A stretch of DNA of 64,000 nt from an uncultured Candidatus Saccharibacteria bacterium (GCA_964405015.1 CAYOME010000003.1:11359-75358); one strand, 5' to 3'. Numbered from the stretch's first letter, positions 37,785 through 48,432 are shown. The notes: generated by a model not told the origin, from the letters alone. Program-made: numbers and translations.

Positions 37785-39410
37785 TTACATCATTCCTTGC
37801 ATTCCAGACATATCAGGAGTCATATTTGCAGATCCCTTCTCTTCTGGGATTTCTGCTACTACTGCTTCTGTTGTGATTAACATTGTTCCAACAGATGCTG
37901 CATTTACAAGAGCAAGTCTTGTTACTTTTACAGGATCAATTATTCCTGTTTCAAGCATATCTACATACTCATCTGTTTTAGCATTGTAACCGACATTATC
38001 ATGACAGTTAGAAGCAATTACTGCACCATCCTTACCAGCATTCTTTGCAATCTGTTTTAGAGGTTCACTTAATACACTCTTAAGAATCTCAACACCTAAT
38101 TGCTCATCAGGATCATCAAGGTTAACCTTCTCCAATGATTTACTCATATTATGTAAAGCTAAACCTCCACCAACTACAACACCCTCTTCTATGGCGGCTC
38201 TAGTTGCATGTATAGCGTCTTCTACTCTTTGTTTTTTCTCTTTAGCTTCTACTTCAGAGGCTGCACCGACTTTAATAACTGCAACTCCTCCAGAAATCTT
38301 TGCAAGTCTTTCTTGTAATTTCTCTTTGTCATAGTCGGATGTTGTAGATTCAATCTGAGCTTTTAATTCAGAGATTCTCTTCTTTATTTCTTTCTCATTT
38401 CCCATTCCTTCTACAATTACAGTATTCTCTTTACTGATAATAACCTTTTTCGCACTTCCAAGATCAGTTAGACCTACAGAATCAAGAGTCTTTCCTACTT
38501 CTTCAGAGATATATTCTGCACCTGTTACTACTGCAATATCTTTAAGCATCTCTTTCTTTCTATCTCCAAATCCTGGAGCTTTTACAGCAACTACATTAAG
38601 AGTTCCTCTTAATTTGTTTACAACTAGAGTTGCTAATGCTTGATTTTCGATATCATCTGCAATAATAACTAAAGGTCTATCTGCTGCTGCAAGTACTTTT
38701 TCAGCTATTGCTTGAATATCTTGTAATGTAGAAAGCTTCTTGTCTGTAACAAAGATATATGGATTGTCCATTACACTCTCTTGAGACTCAGCATCAGTAA
38801 TGAAGTATGAACTTACATATCCTTGATCAAATTGCATACCTTCTGTATATTCAATCTCATCTAAGAATCCCTTAGCTTCTTCAACAGTGATAACGCCATC
38901 CTTACCTACCTTAGCAAATACATCTCCAATCATCTTACCCAACTCTTTATCATTGTTTGAGGATATTGTAGCTACTTGAGATATTTCTTCTTTACCATTA
39001 ATCTTTTTTGCAGATTTCTGTAAAGCTTCTACTACAACATCAACACCCTTGTCCAAACCTCTTTTTAAAGCAATTGGGTTAGATCCTGCTGTTACATTTC
39101 TAAAACCAGCGTTAGCTATAGATTGTGCTAATACAATTACAGTGGTTGTACCATCTCCTGCAAGATCATTAACTCTTCTAGATGCTTCTTTCATCATTTC
39201 TACACCTACATTTTTAAATGGATCTTTGTCTTCTATCTCTTTTGCTACTGTTACACCATCTTTTGTAACTACCTGAGATCCAAATGATTTAGCAATTGCT
39301 ACATTTCTACCTTTTGGTCCTAATGTGGTCTTAACAGCATTAGCTATTGTATCTACACCAGATTTTAATGCTTTTCTTGCTTCCTCATCATATATTATTG
39401 ATTTTGCCAT
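37785..39410 (-). CDS. groL: chaperonin GroEL
   Basis: TLGPKGRNV, AGDGTTT, KAPGFGDR and EKLQERLAK motifs; Met/Gly tail. Confidence 0.98.
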   Translation of the reverse strand: MAKSIIYDEEARKALKSGVDTIANAVKTTLGPKGRNVAIAKSFGSQVVTKDGVTVAKEIEDKDPFKNVGVEMMKEASRRVNDLAGDGTTTVIVLAQSIANAGFRNVTAGSNPIALKRGLDKGVDVVVEALQKSAKKINGKEEISQVATISSNNDKELGKMIGDVFAKVGKDGVITVEEAKGFLDEIEYTEGMQFDQGYVSSYFITDAESQESVMDNPYIFVTDKKLSTLQDIQAIAEKVLAAADRPLVIIADDIENQALATLVVNKLRGTLNVVAVKAPGFGDRKKEMLKDIAVVTGAEYISEEVGKTLDSVGLTDLGSAKKVIISKENTVIVEGMGNEKEIKKRISELKAQIESTTSDYDKEKLQERLAKISGGVAVIKVGAASEVEAKEKKQRVEDAIHATRAAIEEGVVVGGGLALHNMSKSLEKVNLDDPDEQLGVEILKSVLSEPLKQIAKNAGKDGAVIASNCHDNVGYNAKTDEYVDMLETGIIDPVKVTRLALVNAASVGTMLITTEAVVAEIPEEKGSANMTPDMSGMQGMM

Positions 39411-39433
39411 ATTGTATATCTATTAAATTTAAG

Positions 39434-39736
39434 TTATTTAGCTACTGCAAGTATATCTTCAGTATCAAGAATTAAGAGATCATTACCATCAACTTCTATT
39501 TCTTCAGGTGAATATTTTTTGAAATATACCTTATCTCCTACTTTTACATCAAACTTAATAGCCTTACCATCTTTATCCTTGCCAGATCCGAGTTTTACAA
39601 CTTCACCAAATCCAGATCTTTTATCTTCAGATGCACTTGGTGGAATTACAAGTCCTCCTGGAGTTCTTTCCTGAACTTCTTGAGGTTTTACTAAAACACG
39701 ACTTCCTAACGGGGATATATTTATTTCGCTAGACAT
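39434..39736 (-). CDS. groS: co-chaperonin GroES
   Basis: PLGSRVLVK...TPGGLVIP...VKVGDKV...EDILA. Confidence 0.96.
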   Translation of the reverse strand: MSSEINISPLGSRVLVKPQEVQERTPGGLVIPPSASEDKRSGFGEVVKLGSGKDKDGKAIKFDVKVGDKVYFKKYSPEEIEVDGNDLLILDTEDILAVAK

Positions 39737-39757
39737 ATTTATTAAGTAAAAATTTAT

Positions 39758-39784
39758 TTAGCAAATATTAAATGCGACTGCTAA
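39758..39784 (-). promoter_or_regulatory. CIRCE upstream of groES
   Basis: TTAGCAGTC-N9-ATTTGCTAA just downstream of the -10 box. Confidence 0.8.
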
Positions 39785-39786
39785 AG

Positions 39787-39815
39787 ATTTTAGGATTAGG
39801 AGAAACAAATGTCAA
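39787..39815 (-). promoter_or_regulatory. groESL promoter
   Basis: TTGACA (39815-39810), 17-bp spacer, TAAAAT (39792-39787). Confidence 0.8.
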
Positions 39816-40420
39816 TATCTAGAGCCTTTAATAACCATACTATCTTCTAGAAGTTCAATATTTTCAAAATATCTTCCAGAGAAACCATTTTCATTTACCG
39901 TAAGCAATGAATTAGCAATACCAAGGTTAATCATTTCCAAGATCTTAAAATTGCTACCTAAGGAATATGGTCCAACCTTTACATTTGTAACGTATAGCTG
40001 GGCAGTCTGTATATTATCTTTGTTTAAATCAACAGAGAACCATACTGTATATTCCTTGTATGATATCTCAATATACATATTCCAATTTCCTTTGCCTGGT
40101 TCTGTATATATTCTTTTAATACTGAAAGGTTCTTGAATATTTTTTTTAGCAACAGACATCGCTAATATTCCAACTTCTTTTGGAGAAAGAGTTAATACCT
40201 GTGTATTTAAATCAGACAAGGTAAAAGATGAAAATCTTTCCTTTAATATCGTGAATATATTCTCATCTATAGTTGCAACATTCTCTTCTACAATGCTGGC
40301 TTCGAATGTTTCTTCCCATTTGACATATTTGAAGAGTAGTACAGTTACAGCAAAGACTATTGAGAGTAAAAGGACTATGAGTATCAAAAAAACAGTTCGG
40401 AGTGTTCTACGTGCTTTCAT
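39812..40420 (-). CDS. hypothetical N-anchored protein, possibly a YpmS/LmeA-like lipid-binding fold
   Basis: N-terminal TM; LTLSPKEV and C-terminal IELLEDSMVIKG pattern; abuts murJ; TGA stop. Fold call is tentative. Confidence 0.55.
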   Translation of the reverse strand: MKARRTLRTVFLILIVLLLSIVFAVTVLLFKYVKWEETFEASIVEENVATIDENIFTILKERFSSFTLSDLNTQVLTLSPKEVGILAMSVAKKNIQEPFSIKRIYTEPGKGNWNMYIEISYKEYTVWFSVDLNKDNIQTAQLYVTNVKVGPYSLGSNFKILEMINLGIANSLLTVNENGFSGRYFENIELLEDSMVIKGSRY

Positions 40421-42205
40421 CTATGTAAGGTTGTTACCAGTTACAAATCTCTTCTTGAATGACTTAACTAGTCCTTCTACATGTTTAAATTCTTCAGGAG
40501 AGAATATCTTTGACCCTATTAAGTATGATATCGCACCATATATTGATACTACTGCACTTAGAATTACAATATATATTGTTCTAGTAGTATCTAATTGGAA
40601 ATCAAACAATCTAAATACAAGATACATACCCAACATCATTATCAAGGTATTTAGAATTTTAAGTAAGGTTGGATAGAAGGTGTCTTTCCAGGATACTACC
40701 TTTCTGTTTTTGTTAAGTAGATATACTGAAAGTATCATTTGTACAAAATATGAAAGACTTAAACTAAAAGCTAATCCACCAACTGCCAATTTAGAGTCTC
40801 CTCTAGTAGTCATCCATTTAGCAGTATCTCCTACAAAAGATTTAAGAACAGAAAGTACGCCATCTCCATTAGCACTAGCTACCTGTACCCATACCTGTTC
40901 TAATATTGGTCTCCAGTCGTAGTAATGGCTAAAGAAATTAGTAAAGTAGTATGCACCTAAAAGATTTACTACTATTCCAACAGTAATTGCAATTAAAGGT
41001 CTCCATGTATCTTTCATAGCATAGAAAGCTCTAAGTACAATTTGAACCACTGTTTGCCCAATTATTGATATCGATAACAGGGCTAATGTCCAAGCTGTTA
41101 AAAGTGTATCTTGCCAGTCAAATGCTCCAGTACCATATATTAAACGTACAATTGGTAATCTCAATACCAACATTACAGCTACAATTGGTAGTACTAAATA
41201 CAATGCTAATTGAATTGCATCATTAAATGCTTTCTTAAACATTCCATTTTCATTCTTACAACAGTATTGTGCAAAATCTGGTAATGCTACTTGTGCAACT
41301 GCACTACCAATAATGTTTATAGGAAACAAATGTAAACTATATGCAAATCTATATGCACTAAGAGTACCTGCAGTTAATGTAAAACTTATGAATGTATTAA
41401 CAATGGTATTAAACTGTTCTCCTAATACACCTAACATTCTTGGAACAGCGAGTTTAAACGCTTTCCCAATATATGATCCTTGGAATATTTCGGTTATATG
41501 CAAATTCTTAGCTTCATCCTCTTTGTAATATTTAAGTAGTAAAGGTACTTGAACGCATAGATGTATGAATGACCCTATTACAGCAGATATTGCAATTGCT
41601 TCTACTCCTAACTCAAAAAAAGTAACCAAAATATATGTACCTGCAATCATTGCTACATTGTAAAAGAGAGGTGCTAAAGATGTTACAAAGAATTGTTTTC
41701 TTACTTGTAAATATGCAGTGATAAAGCCACTAATACTCAAGAACAATGGAGAGAGTATCCCTATTCTAAAAAGCGTAATGAAGAGATTGAAGTCAGATTC
41801 AGTTATTCTGTAAGACATATTAAATGCAGTACTTGCATAGTCATTAGTGATAACCCAGTTAGTAATTGGCTCTGCAAAGATCAGTAGTAGAGTAAGTACT
41901 ACAAATGATATTCCAAAGAAAATTAGGGTTAACTGTTGGAACAATTTGTTAAAACTGTCCTTACCTTTGTCATACAAAACGTCACTGAGTATTGGAATAA
42001 TTGCAGCATTAATAGAACCTGCAACTAATACCATAAAGATGATATCTGGAATAGTAAATGATGCCCAAAAGATATCTAATTCATGAGATGCACCAAAGAG
42101 TTGTGCAAAAATCCTTAGCTTCCAAAAGCCTAAAATCTTAGTGAAGAGGAGTAGTAGCATTACTGTAAAAACACTGTTCTTTTTAATCACAATTCTCTTA
42201 ATCAA
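40421..42205 (-). CDS. murJ: lipid II flippase MurJ (MviN)
   Basis: KILGF...FGAS.ELDIFWASFTIPD, GSINAAIIP, RLIYGTGAF and RAFYAMKDT motifs; TTG start. Confidence 0.92.
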   Translation of the reverse strand: MIKRIVIKKNSVFTVMLLLLFTKILGFWKLRIFAQLFGASHELDIFWASFTIPDIIFMVLVAGSINAAIIPILSDVLYDKGKDSFNKLFQQLTLIFFGISFVVLTLLLIFAEPITNWVITNDYASTAFNMSYRITESDFNLFITLFRIGILSPLFLSISGFITAYLQVRKQFFVTSLAPLFYNVAMIAGTYILVTFFELGVEAIAISAVIGSFIHLCVQVPLLLKYYKEDEAKNLHITEIFQGSYIGKAFKLAVPRMLGVLGEQFNTIVNTFISFTLTAGTLSAYRFAYSLHLFPINIIGSAVAQVALPDFAQYCCKNENGMFKKAFNDAIQLALYLVLPIVAVMLVLRLPIVRLIYGTGAFDWQDTLLTAWTLALLSISIIGQTVVQIVLRAFYAMKDTWRPLIAITVGIVVNLLGAYYFTNFFSHYYDWRPILEQVWVQVASANGDGVLSVLKSFVGDTAKWMTTRGDSKLAVGGLAFSLSLSYFVQMILSVYLLNKNRKVVSWKDTFYPTLLKILNTLIMMLGMYLVFRLFDFQLDTTRTIYIVILSAVVSIYGAISYLIGSKIFSPEEFKHVEGLVKSFKKRFVTGNNLT

Positions 42206-42286
42206 TATCTAATTAGCGAATAATATCATAATGGAAACGAACCCATTTATCAAATATTTTTAATATCTTCCGTATATACTCTGTAT

Positions 42287-42799
42287 ATGTCACTTTTTGA
42301 TATTCTACTTCCGAAAGAATGTATTTTTTGTTGTAAAGTGGGTAGGCATATTTGTGAAAAATGTTTGAGAGACATACCAAGATCTTTACCTCTCTGTTTG
42401 GTATGTGGAAGAATAAGTACAAGTGGATACACACACAGTAGCTGTACTAAATTAAATATTAGTATTCAATATTTTAAAGGTTGGAATATTGAGAACAAAC
42501 AGATACTTGAGAGTCAAATAGAGGTTGGATTCTATTCTCCATTTCTTGAATTGATCGAATATCTAGTGAAAAGAAACAATCTTAAGGATCGGGATATAGG
42601 GAAAAAGATAATTCCTCTTAAGAGTTCCTCAAGAGAGAAAATGGAATTAAACAGATATCTTTCAAAAAAGATACATGGTTCAAAAGAAGAAACTCTTACA
42701 TATCTCGGAATAGAAGTAATGGACACTAAAGAGTTGGTCAAAGAGATTTCCCTTCTTGAAAATGAATACAAATATATTCAAGTAATATCCCTACTCTAA
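42287..42799 (+). CDS. ComF-like protein: double zinc ribbon plus eroded phosphoribosyltransferase domain
   Basis: LFDILLPKECIFC...ICEKC...CLVCG...THSSC; no DDxxTTG PRPP loop. Confidence 0.7.
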   Translation: MSLFDILLPKECIFCCKVGRHICEKCLRDIPRSLPLCLVCGRISTSGYTHSSCTKLNISIQYFKGWNIENKQILESQIEVGFYSPFLELIEYLVKRNNLKDRDIGKKIIPLKSSSREKMELNRYLSKKIHGSKEETLTYLGIEVMDTKELVKEISLLENEYKYIQVISLL

Positions 42800-45085
42800 T
42801 GGTTGAATATCATCAGTAAGTGATTCCTCTTCCTTTTTCTCAGAACTTTCTTCTACTGGAGAATTACCAGCACCGAGTTCTTCAAGATTTTTGACTATAT
42901 TTTCATACAAAGGGTCCTTTTCTAGCTTGTTTACCTCAAGTATTTTTTTTGCGGCTTCTAAATATGATATTGCATTTTTCGTATCACCTTGCTCGTTTAA
43001 TATGTTTGCAGAGAGTACCAAAGATTGTACATGTTGCCCATTGATACTTAATGCAGAAGCAAATGCAGAGAGGGCTTTCTCATAGTCCTCTTTAATCATA
43101 TATATTTGACCTGCAAGATAGTAGGATTGAAAATCCAAGGGATTTAATTGGATACATCTTTGAAGAGCAAAGAGAGCATCCTCACCATAGTCAGAAAGAC
43201 CAATACTTAAAAATCCTGTATACATTGAGGCTCTTACATACCAGTTAGGATACGTAAATGAGGAAGTATTAATAGCTTCTCTTGAAAGATCAATGGCTAC
43301 ATTTTTCCAATTAGATATCTCAGAAAGTATCGATGTTTTTTCTTCTTCAGAAGCATTCTTGTATCTTTCTGTTAATACAGACATCATATCTAGTGCTGTA
43401 CTTGCGGCTTTTCTGTTAAATATTGGATTAGTTGAATCGTAACTTAATGCTTTATCATAGTAGGAGATCATTTTTCCAAAATATTCCTCTTTTTGATCCA
43501 AGGATATTTCCTCATTTTTCTCTGCAAATTTCCTGTTCTCCTCTACACTGTAAGCCTCTGCTCTAATCGCATATAATACAGATACCGTTCTAGAACCTAA
43601 GGACATTAAGGCTGAGAATACAACCAAGACCATTACTCCTGTAAGAAACCAGTTAACACTACTAATTGTTTTGTTTACATCTTGCGATACACCACCTACA
43701 TTAACAGCCCAGAATTTCAAAATGAACTGTTCGTCTTGTTTGTATATATGATTTCTCATTAATACAACAAAAAGTAATGATACAAAAAATACAAAATACA
43801 AAAGGAATGAGTAAGATACAAAGAAAGATCCTAGATACATTAATATTGTTGAAATTTCTAAAAGCAGTAGAAGTAAACTCTCTTGCGTCTTCGAAGATAT
43901 ATCTAAAACAAATAGTTTTAGAATAGCTAAACCTACTAAGAGCCAAACAACAACACCAACAATTCCCCTATTAGCCAATGTAGTAAAGACCTCATTCGAA
44001 GAAGCAACAAAACTTGAACTTCCTAAAGATATTACCGAAGGTACTGAGGGTTTAAATTGGTTATATGCAATTGAAAAAGAGTCATTTCCTAAACCTACAA
44101 GACCTCTAAAGAAATTGTTTACTATTACTCCACTAGAAACATTCCATGAAAGATCAGATGCTAAGTTTATAGGGGTAACTACTTCATATGATTCCCCTAC
44201 TATTGCATTTTTGAACGAATCATATTGTAGACCAATGGAAAAGATAAGGGATATAACAGAGAGGACAGATAATATTACTGGAAGAAATCTCAGACCTTTT
44301 TCTAATTTTATAAAAAGAAGCAAGGAGGTTAGTAATACAGTTATTGCAATTAATATAGGTAATACTACGCCTTGCATCATAGAAAACATTACGATTGATA
44401 CAAAACCCAAAAATATACCTACGAATGGTAATAGAATCTTTTGTACTTTCTTTTCTCTTAGATATGCTATTACAAGTACAGTACCCAAAAATATCAATAC
44501 TCCTGATATGAGAATTAATTCATTTGAATAGAAAGTAAGTGGTAATCCTGGTAAGAATAATTCCTTCGCGTATGGTATCCAACCCCAGACATTTACTTTG
44601 AAAACTGTCAAAAAACTTAATACTACGGTAGTAGATATTCCTAACAGAAATAGTTCAATAGATTTAAGTACATATTCTTTCTTAGAAAGGAATCCTCTAC
44701 CAATAAAAAATATTACCATTAGAGTAAATATTGATAGTAACCCAGTACCTAATCTACCATCCATACCCCATATAGAAGTCCATTTGTCTAATGCGAATAT
44801 CGAAGATATTACGAATGTTGTAAGTAAGACAAAAACAATTTTATCCAATGAAGATCGAAGCATTGTAATTTTTCCATCCCAAATCCATTTAACAAATTCC
44901 AGAAGAAGTATTAGCAAAGAAATTACTAAGAAGAATGTTACTCTGACTTGTTCTGTAGTATCCCATGGTAGTGGTATTACAAACCAAGGGATAATAAAGA
45001 AGAGTACATATGAAAGTATTCTTTGAAAAAAGGAAAGATCCATACCATCTCTTGTAGTATTCATCTTGGTGTTGTCATTCAACAT
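42791..45085 (-). CDS. O-antigen ligase/Wzy_C-like polytopic membrane protein with C-terminal TPRs
   Basis: About 12 TMs; SIWG..GR; GLGNDSFSIAY...SSNEVFTTLANRGIVG; TPR-like ALQRCIQLNP and YEKALSAFASALSING. Confidence 0.75.
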   Translation of the reverse strand: MLNDNTKMNTTRDGMDLSFFQRILSYVLFFIIPWFVIPLPWDTTEQVRVTFFLVISLLILLLEFVKWIWDGKITMLRSSLDKIVFVLLTTFVISSIFALDKWTSIWGMDGRLGTGLLSIFTLMVIFFIGRGFLSKKEYVLKSIELFLLGISTTVVLSFLTVFKVNVWGWIPYAKELFLPGLPLTFYSNELILISGVLIFLGTVLVIAYLREKKVQKILLPFVGIFLGFVSIVMFSMMQGVVLPILIAITVLLTSLLLFIKLEKGLRFLPVILSVLSVISLIFSIGLQYDSFKNAIVGESYEVVTPINLASDLSWNVSSGVIVNNFFRGLVGLGNDSFSIAYNQFKPSVPSVISLGSSSFVASSNEVFTTLANRGIVGVVVWLLVGLAILKLFVLDISSKTQESLLLLLLEISTILMYLGSFFVSYSFLLYFVFFVSLLFVVLMRNHIYKQDEQFILKFWAVNVGGVSQDVNKTISSVNWFLTGVMVLVVFSALMSLGSRTVSVLYAIRAEAYSVEENRKFAEKNEEISLDQKEEYFGKMISYYDKALSYDSTNPIFNRKAASTALDMMSVLTERYKNASEEEKTSILSEISNWKNVAIDLSREAINTSSFTYPNWYVRASMYTGFLSIGLSDYGEDALFALQRCIQLNPLDFQSYYLAGQIYMIKEDYEKALSAFASALSINGQHVQSLVLSANILNEQGDTKNAISYLEAAKKILEVNKLEKDPLYENIVKNLEELGAGNSPVEESSEKKEEESLTDDIQPLE

Positions 45086-45138
45086 ATATTTATGGCAGAA
45101 AAAGAATTATTTAGTTGTAAATATCTTAGCAAAAAGAG

Positions 45139-45162
45139 AAAGGGAGGCCAAGCCTCCCTTTT
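45139..45162 (-). terminator. terminator after dnaK
   Basis: AGGGAGGC-caa-GCCTCCCT hairpin with T-rich flanks. Confidence 0.8.
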
Positions 45163-45173
45163 GTTCGAAGATA

Positions 45174-47063
45174 TTACTCTACAACTTCACCTTCTTTTAC
45201 TTCTTCGTCCTTCTCTTTTTTCTCTTCGTCTTTCTTTTCCTCAGAAGCTTTAGATGCTTTTTCGTACATCTTTTTGCTTACTTCTTGCATCTTCTTTGTT
45301 AATTTCTCAACTTCTTCCTCAAGCTTCTCTTGGTCAAAATCATCTTTAGAGATTATATCTTTTACAGTCTTAACACCTTCCTCAAGATCTTTCTTTTCAT
45401 CTGATTCTACCTTATCACCGTTTTCCTCTAAGAGCTTTTCTATATTGAAACAGAGTGAATCCGCATTGTTTCTCTTCTCTGCTCTCTCCCTCTTCTTTTT
45501 ATCTTCCTCTGCATGTTTTGCAGCCTCTTCTACCATCTTTTCAATTTCTTCATCCTTAAGTCCTGTAGATGCTGTAATGGTAATCTTTTGCTCTTTGTTT
45601 GTTGCTAAATCCTTAGCATTCACATTTAAAATACCATTAGCATCAATTGCAAATTGAACTTCAATCTGAGGTACTCCTCTTGGTGCAGGTGGAATACCAT
45701 CTAAAATGAATCTTCCTAAGGTCTTGTTGTCTGAAGCCATTTCTCTCTCACCTTGAAGAATATGAATCTCTACACCAGGTTGATTATCAGCTGCAGTACT
45801 AAATATCTGTTTCTTTTCTACAGGAATTGTTGTATTTCGATCTATTAATTTTGTCATAACTCCACCTAATGTTTCTAAACCAAGAGATAGAGGGGTTACA
45901 TCTAATAGGGTTATATCTTTTACATCGCCACCTAAGACTCCACCTTGTACAGCTGCTCCAACTGCTACAACTTCGTCAGGGTTTACAGTTTTGTTAGGTT
46001 CTTTACCAAAGATTTCCTTTACTTTCTTTATGACAGCAGGCATTCTTGTCATACCTCCAACTAGTAATACCTGATCTACATCATCTAGACTTAAGTCTGC
46101 ATCCTTCAAGGCTTTCTGACATGGCTGAACAGTCTTTTCTATTAAGTCTGCAGTTAATTTCTCCAAATCTGATCTAGTCATAGTGACCTTTAGATGTTTA
46201 GGTCCACTAGAGGTTGCAGTAATGTAAGGAATATTAATTTCAGTTTCTTCTGAAGTAGAAAGCTCAATTTTTGCTTTCTCTGCACCTTCCTTAAGTCTTT
46301 GCAAAGCAGTTCTATCTTCTTTGAGATCTACACCTTCACTATCTTTAAAATCTTTAGCTAATTTATCAATTATGGCTTGATCAAAATCATCACCACCTAA
46401 GTGTGTATCACCATTGGTAGAAAGTACTTCGAATACACCATCTCCAATCTCAAGTATTGAAATATCAAAGGTACCACCACCTAAGTCAAAGATTGCTATC
46501 TTTTCATCTTTGTTTTTGTCTAAACCATATGCCAATGCTGCTGCTGTTGGTTCGTTTACTATTCTCTTTACTTCTAAACCTGCGATCTTACCAGCATCCT
46601 TCGTTGCTTGTCTTTGAGAGTCATCAAAATATGCAGGAACAGTAATAACTGCTTCTGTAACCTTCTCTCCAAGGAACTCCTCGGCATCCTTTTTCATCTT
46701 TGCCAATATCTTTGCAGATATCTCTTGAGGTGTATACCAATTACTACCCATCTTAACCTCGATACCATCACTTTTAGATTTCCTCATTTCAAATGGAAGT
46801 AATTCTTTGTCCTTTTGTACTTCTGGATCATCCCATGATCTACCGATTAATCTCTTTACAGAGTAAACTGTTCCCTCTGGATTTGTAACAGCTTGATTTT
46901 TTGCAGGAGATCCAACAAGAGTCTCACCTTTATCATCGATAGCGACAATAGATGGAGTAAGTCTCCCTCCTTGTGCATTTGCAATGATGTTAGGTTTTCC
47001 ACCAGACATAAATGCCATTGCACTATTGGTTGTTCCTAGGTCTATTCCTATGATTTTTCCCAT
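45174..47063 (-). CDS. dnaK: chaperone DnaK
   Basis: [26 protein letters not shown] and [10 protein letters not shown] motifs. Confidence 0.99.
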   Translation of the reverse strand: MGKIIGIDLGTTNSAMAFMSGGKPNIIANAQGGRLTPSIVAIDDKGETLVGSPAKNQAVTNPEGTVYSVKRLIGRSWDDPEVQKDKELLPFEMRKSKSDGIEVKMGSNWYTPQEISAKILAKMKKDAEEFLGEKVTEAVITVPAYFDDSQRQATKDAGKIAGLEVKRIVNEPTAAALAYGLDKNKDEKIAIFDLGGGTFDISILEIGDGVFEVLSTNGDTHLGGDDFDQAIIDKLAKDFKDSEGVDLKEDRTALQRLKEGAEKAKIELSTSEETEINIPYITATSSGPKHLKVTMTRSDLEKLTADLIEKTVQPCQKALKDADLSLDDVDQVLLVGGMTRMPAVIKKVKEIFGKEPNKTVNPDEVVAVGAAVQGGVLGGDVKDITLLDVTPLSLGLETLGGVMTKLIDRNTTIPVEKKQIFSTAADNQPGVEIHILQGEREMASDNKTLGRFILDGIPPAPRGVPQIEVQFAIDANGILNVNAKDLATNKEQKITITASTGLKDEEIEKMVEEAAKHAEEDKKKRERAEKRNNADSLCFNIEKLLEENGDKVESDEKKDLEEGVKTVKDIISKDDFDQEKLEEEVEKLTKKMQEVSKKMYEKASKASEEKKDEEKKEKDEEVKEGEVVE

Positions 47064-47085
47064 ATATATTATTATTAAAAATTAT

Positions 47086-47658
47086 TTACTTTATATTTCC
47101 CTTTGTTACTACTACTCTTGAAGGTCTAATTACCACCTCATCAAGTATGTAACCAGGTTGAATACATTCAAATACAATTCCTTCCTTTTCATTTTCAATC
47201 ACAGCTAAAGCCTCATGTATTGAAGGATCAAAAAGATCACCATAGTTAGGGATATATTTCTTTATACCTAAATCTTCTAAACCTTTTTCCATCTTACTAA
47301 GTAATTCAACAACACCATTTACCCATGCTTGACCTTTTTCATCAAACAAAACTTCCTCCTTAGCTTTAATAGCCATTGTCATATCATCAACTACAGGTAT
47401 TAATTTCTCTGCGAGTGATTTCCTAGATTGTAGATACATTAGATTTAATCTTTTTTGAGTATTAGCTTCTAGATTTTGATAGTCTGCTAAAGCTCTTTTA
47501 AGACTATTTGTGATTTCCAATTTCTCATCTTCAACCTTATCAATTATCAAGGCTAAATCATTAATTTGAGCCCGAAGGTTGGCAATCTCTTCTTGCAAGT
47601 GCTTAACCTCTTCGCTATTTTTATCTATTACACCCTGTGTATTTACATTTTTGTTCAT
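47086..47658 (-). CDS. grpE: nucleotide exchange factor GrpE
   Basis: RALADYQN, FDPSIHEA and GY..DEVVIRPSRVVV motifs. Likely start MNKNV. Confidence 0.93.
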   Translation of the reverse strand: MNKNVNTQGVIDKNSEEVKHLQEEIANLRAQINDLALIIDKVEDEKLEITNSLKRALADYQNLEANTQKRLNLMYLQSRKSLAEKLIPVVDDMTMAIKAKEEVLFDEKGQAWVNGVVELLSKMEKGLEDLGIKKYIPNYGDLFDPSIHEALAVIENEKEGIVFECIQPGYILDEVVIRPSRVVVTKGNIK

Positions 47659-47675
47659 TGATATTGAAAAATATT

Positions 47676-48404
47676 TTAATTCCAACCCTTCATTGCATTG
47701 CGCATAGCGCTTTGTACTTCACGAAGAGCCGGTACACATCTAGCATAGTCCATACGCTTTGAACCAAGTATTCCAATATGGGCATCATTGGTATCCCAGA
47801 ATGGAAGGTTGGTAAAAACCATGGAACAACCTTCTAAATCTTTTATTCCAGATTCCTCACCAATTAGTAAAGAGACACCAGACCCACTATATCTACTCAT
47901 CATATTTACCAAAAAATCTTTATCTTCAAGTATGTTTACAATCCTCATGACCTTTTCCCAATCTCTTAATTCTTCATATTTAAAGATATTGGAGAGTCCC
48001 CAATATCTAGATATTCCATCTATTACAACAAAGACTACGGATTCAGTCTCTTCAGAAAGAATATTTAGTACTGAGTTTAATACCGCATCCTTAGAGAATC
48101 TATCCCTAAATATCCCTTGCCTTATTTCTACAGTAATTAATGGATTTAAAGAGCTACTATTTAATACATTACTAACATACATCCTCAAGGCCTGATCTGT
48201 TGGAAAACGACCAGAAGAAATATGACTTTTCTCTAAGAGTCCTAAGTCCATTAATTTTGCCATTTCATTCCTAATGGTAGCAGGACTTACACCAAGGTTA
48301 TGCCTTTCTAAAAGAGAAAGAGAGCCTACTTCATCAGCACTCTCCATGAACTCCTCTATGATGGCCATTAATATCCTTTTCTGTCTTTCTGTAATACTCT
48401 GCAT
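47676..48404 (-). CDS. hrcA: heat-inducible transcription repressor HrcA, short form
   Basis: ITERQKRIL, SPATIRNEM, HISSGRFPT and GILGSKRMDY motifs. Confidence 0.93.
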   Translation of the reverse strand: MQSITERQKRILMAIIEEFMESADEVGSLSLLERHNLGVSPATIRNEMAKLMDLGLLEKSHISSGRFPTDQALRMYVSNVLNSSSLNPLITVEIRQGIFRDRFSKDAVLNSVLNILSEETESVVFVVIDGISRYWGLSNIFKYEELRDWEKVMRIVNILEDKDFLVNMMSRYSGSGVSLLIGEESGIKDLEGCSMVFTNLPFWDTNDAHIGILGSKRMDYARCVPALREVQSAMRNAMKGWN

Positions 48405-48405
48405 A

Positions 48406-48432
48406 TTAGCACTCCTAAAGATTACCTGCTAA
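48406..48432 (-). promoter_or_regulatory. CIRCE directly upstream of the hrcA start codon
   Basis: TTAGCAGGT-N9-GAGTGCTAA, 1 nt before the ATG. Confidence 0.85.

Noticed and set aside
39812-39814. Alternative genetic code 25 (UGA = Gly)
   Set aside because: Conserved genes translate full-length under code 11, and TGA serves as a stop here.
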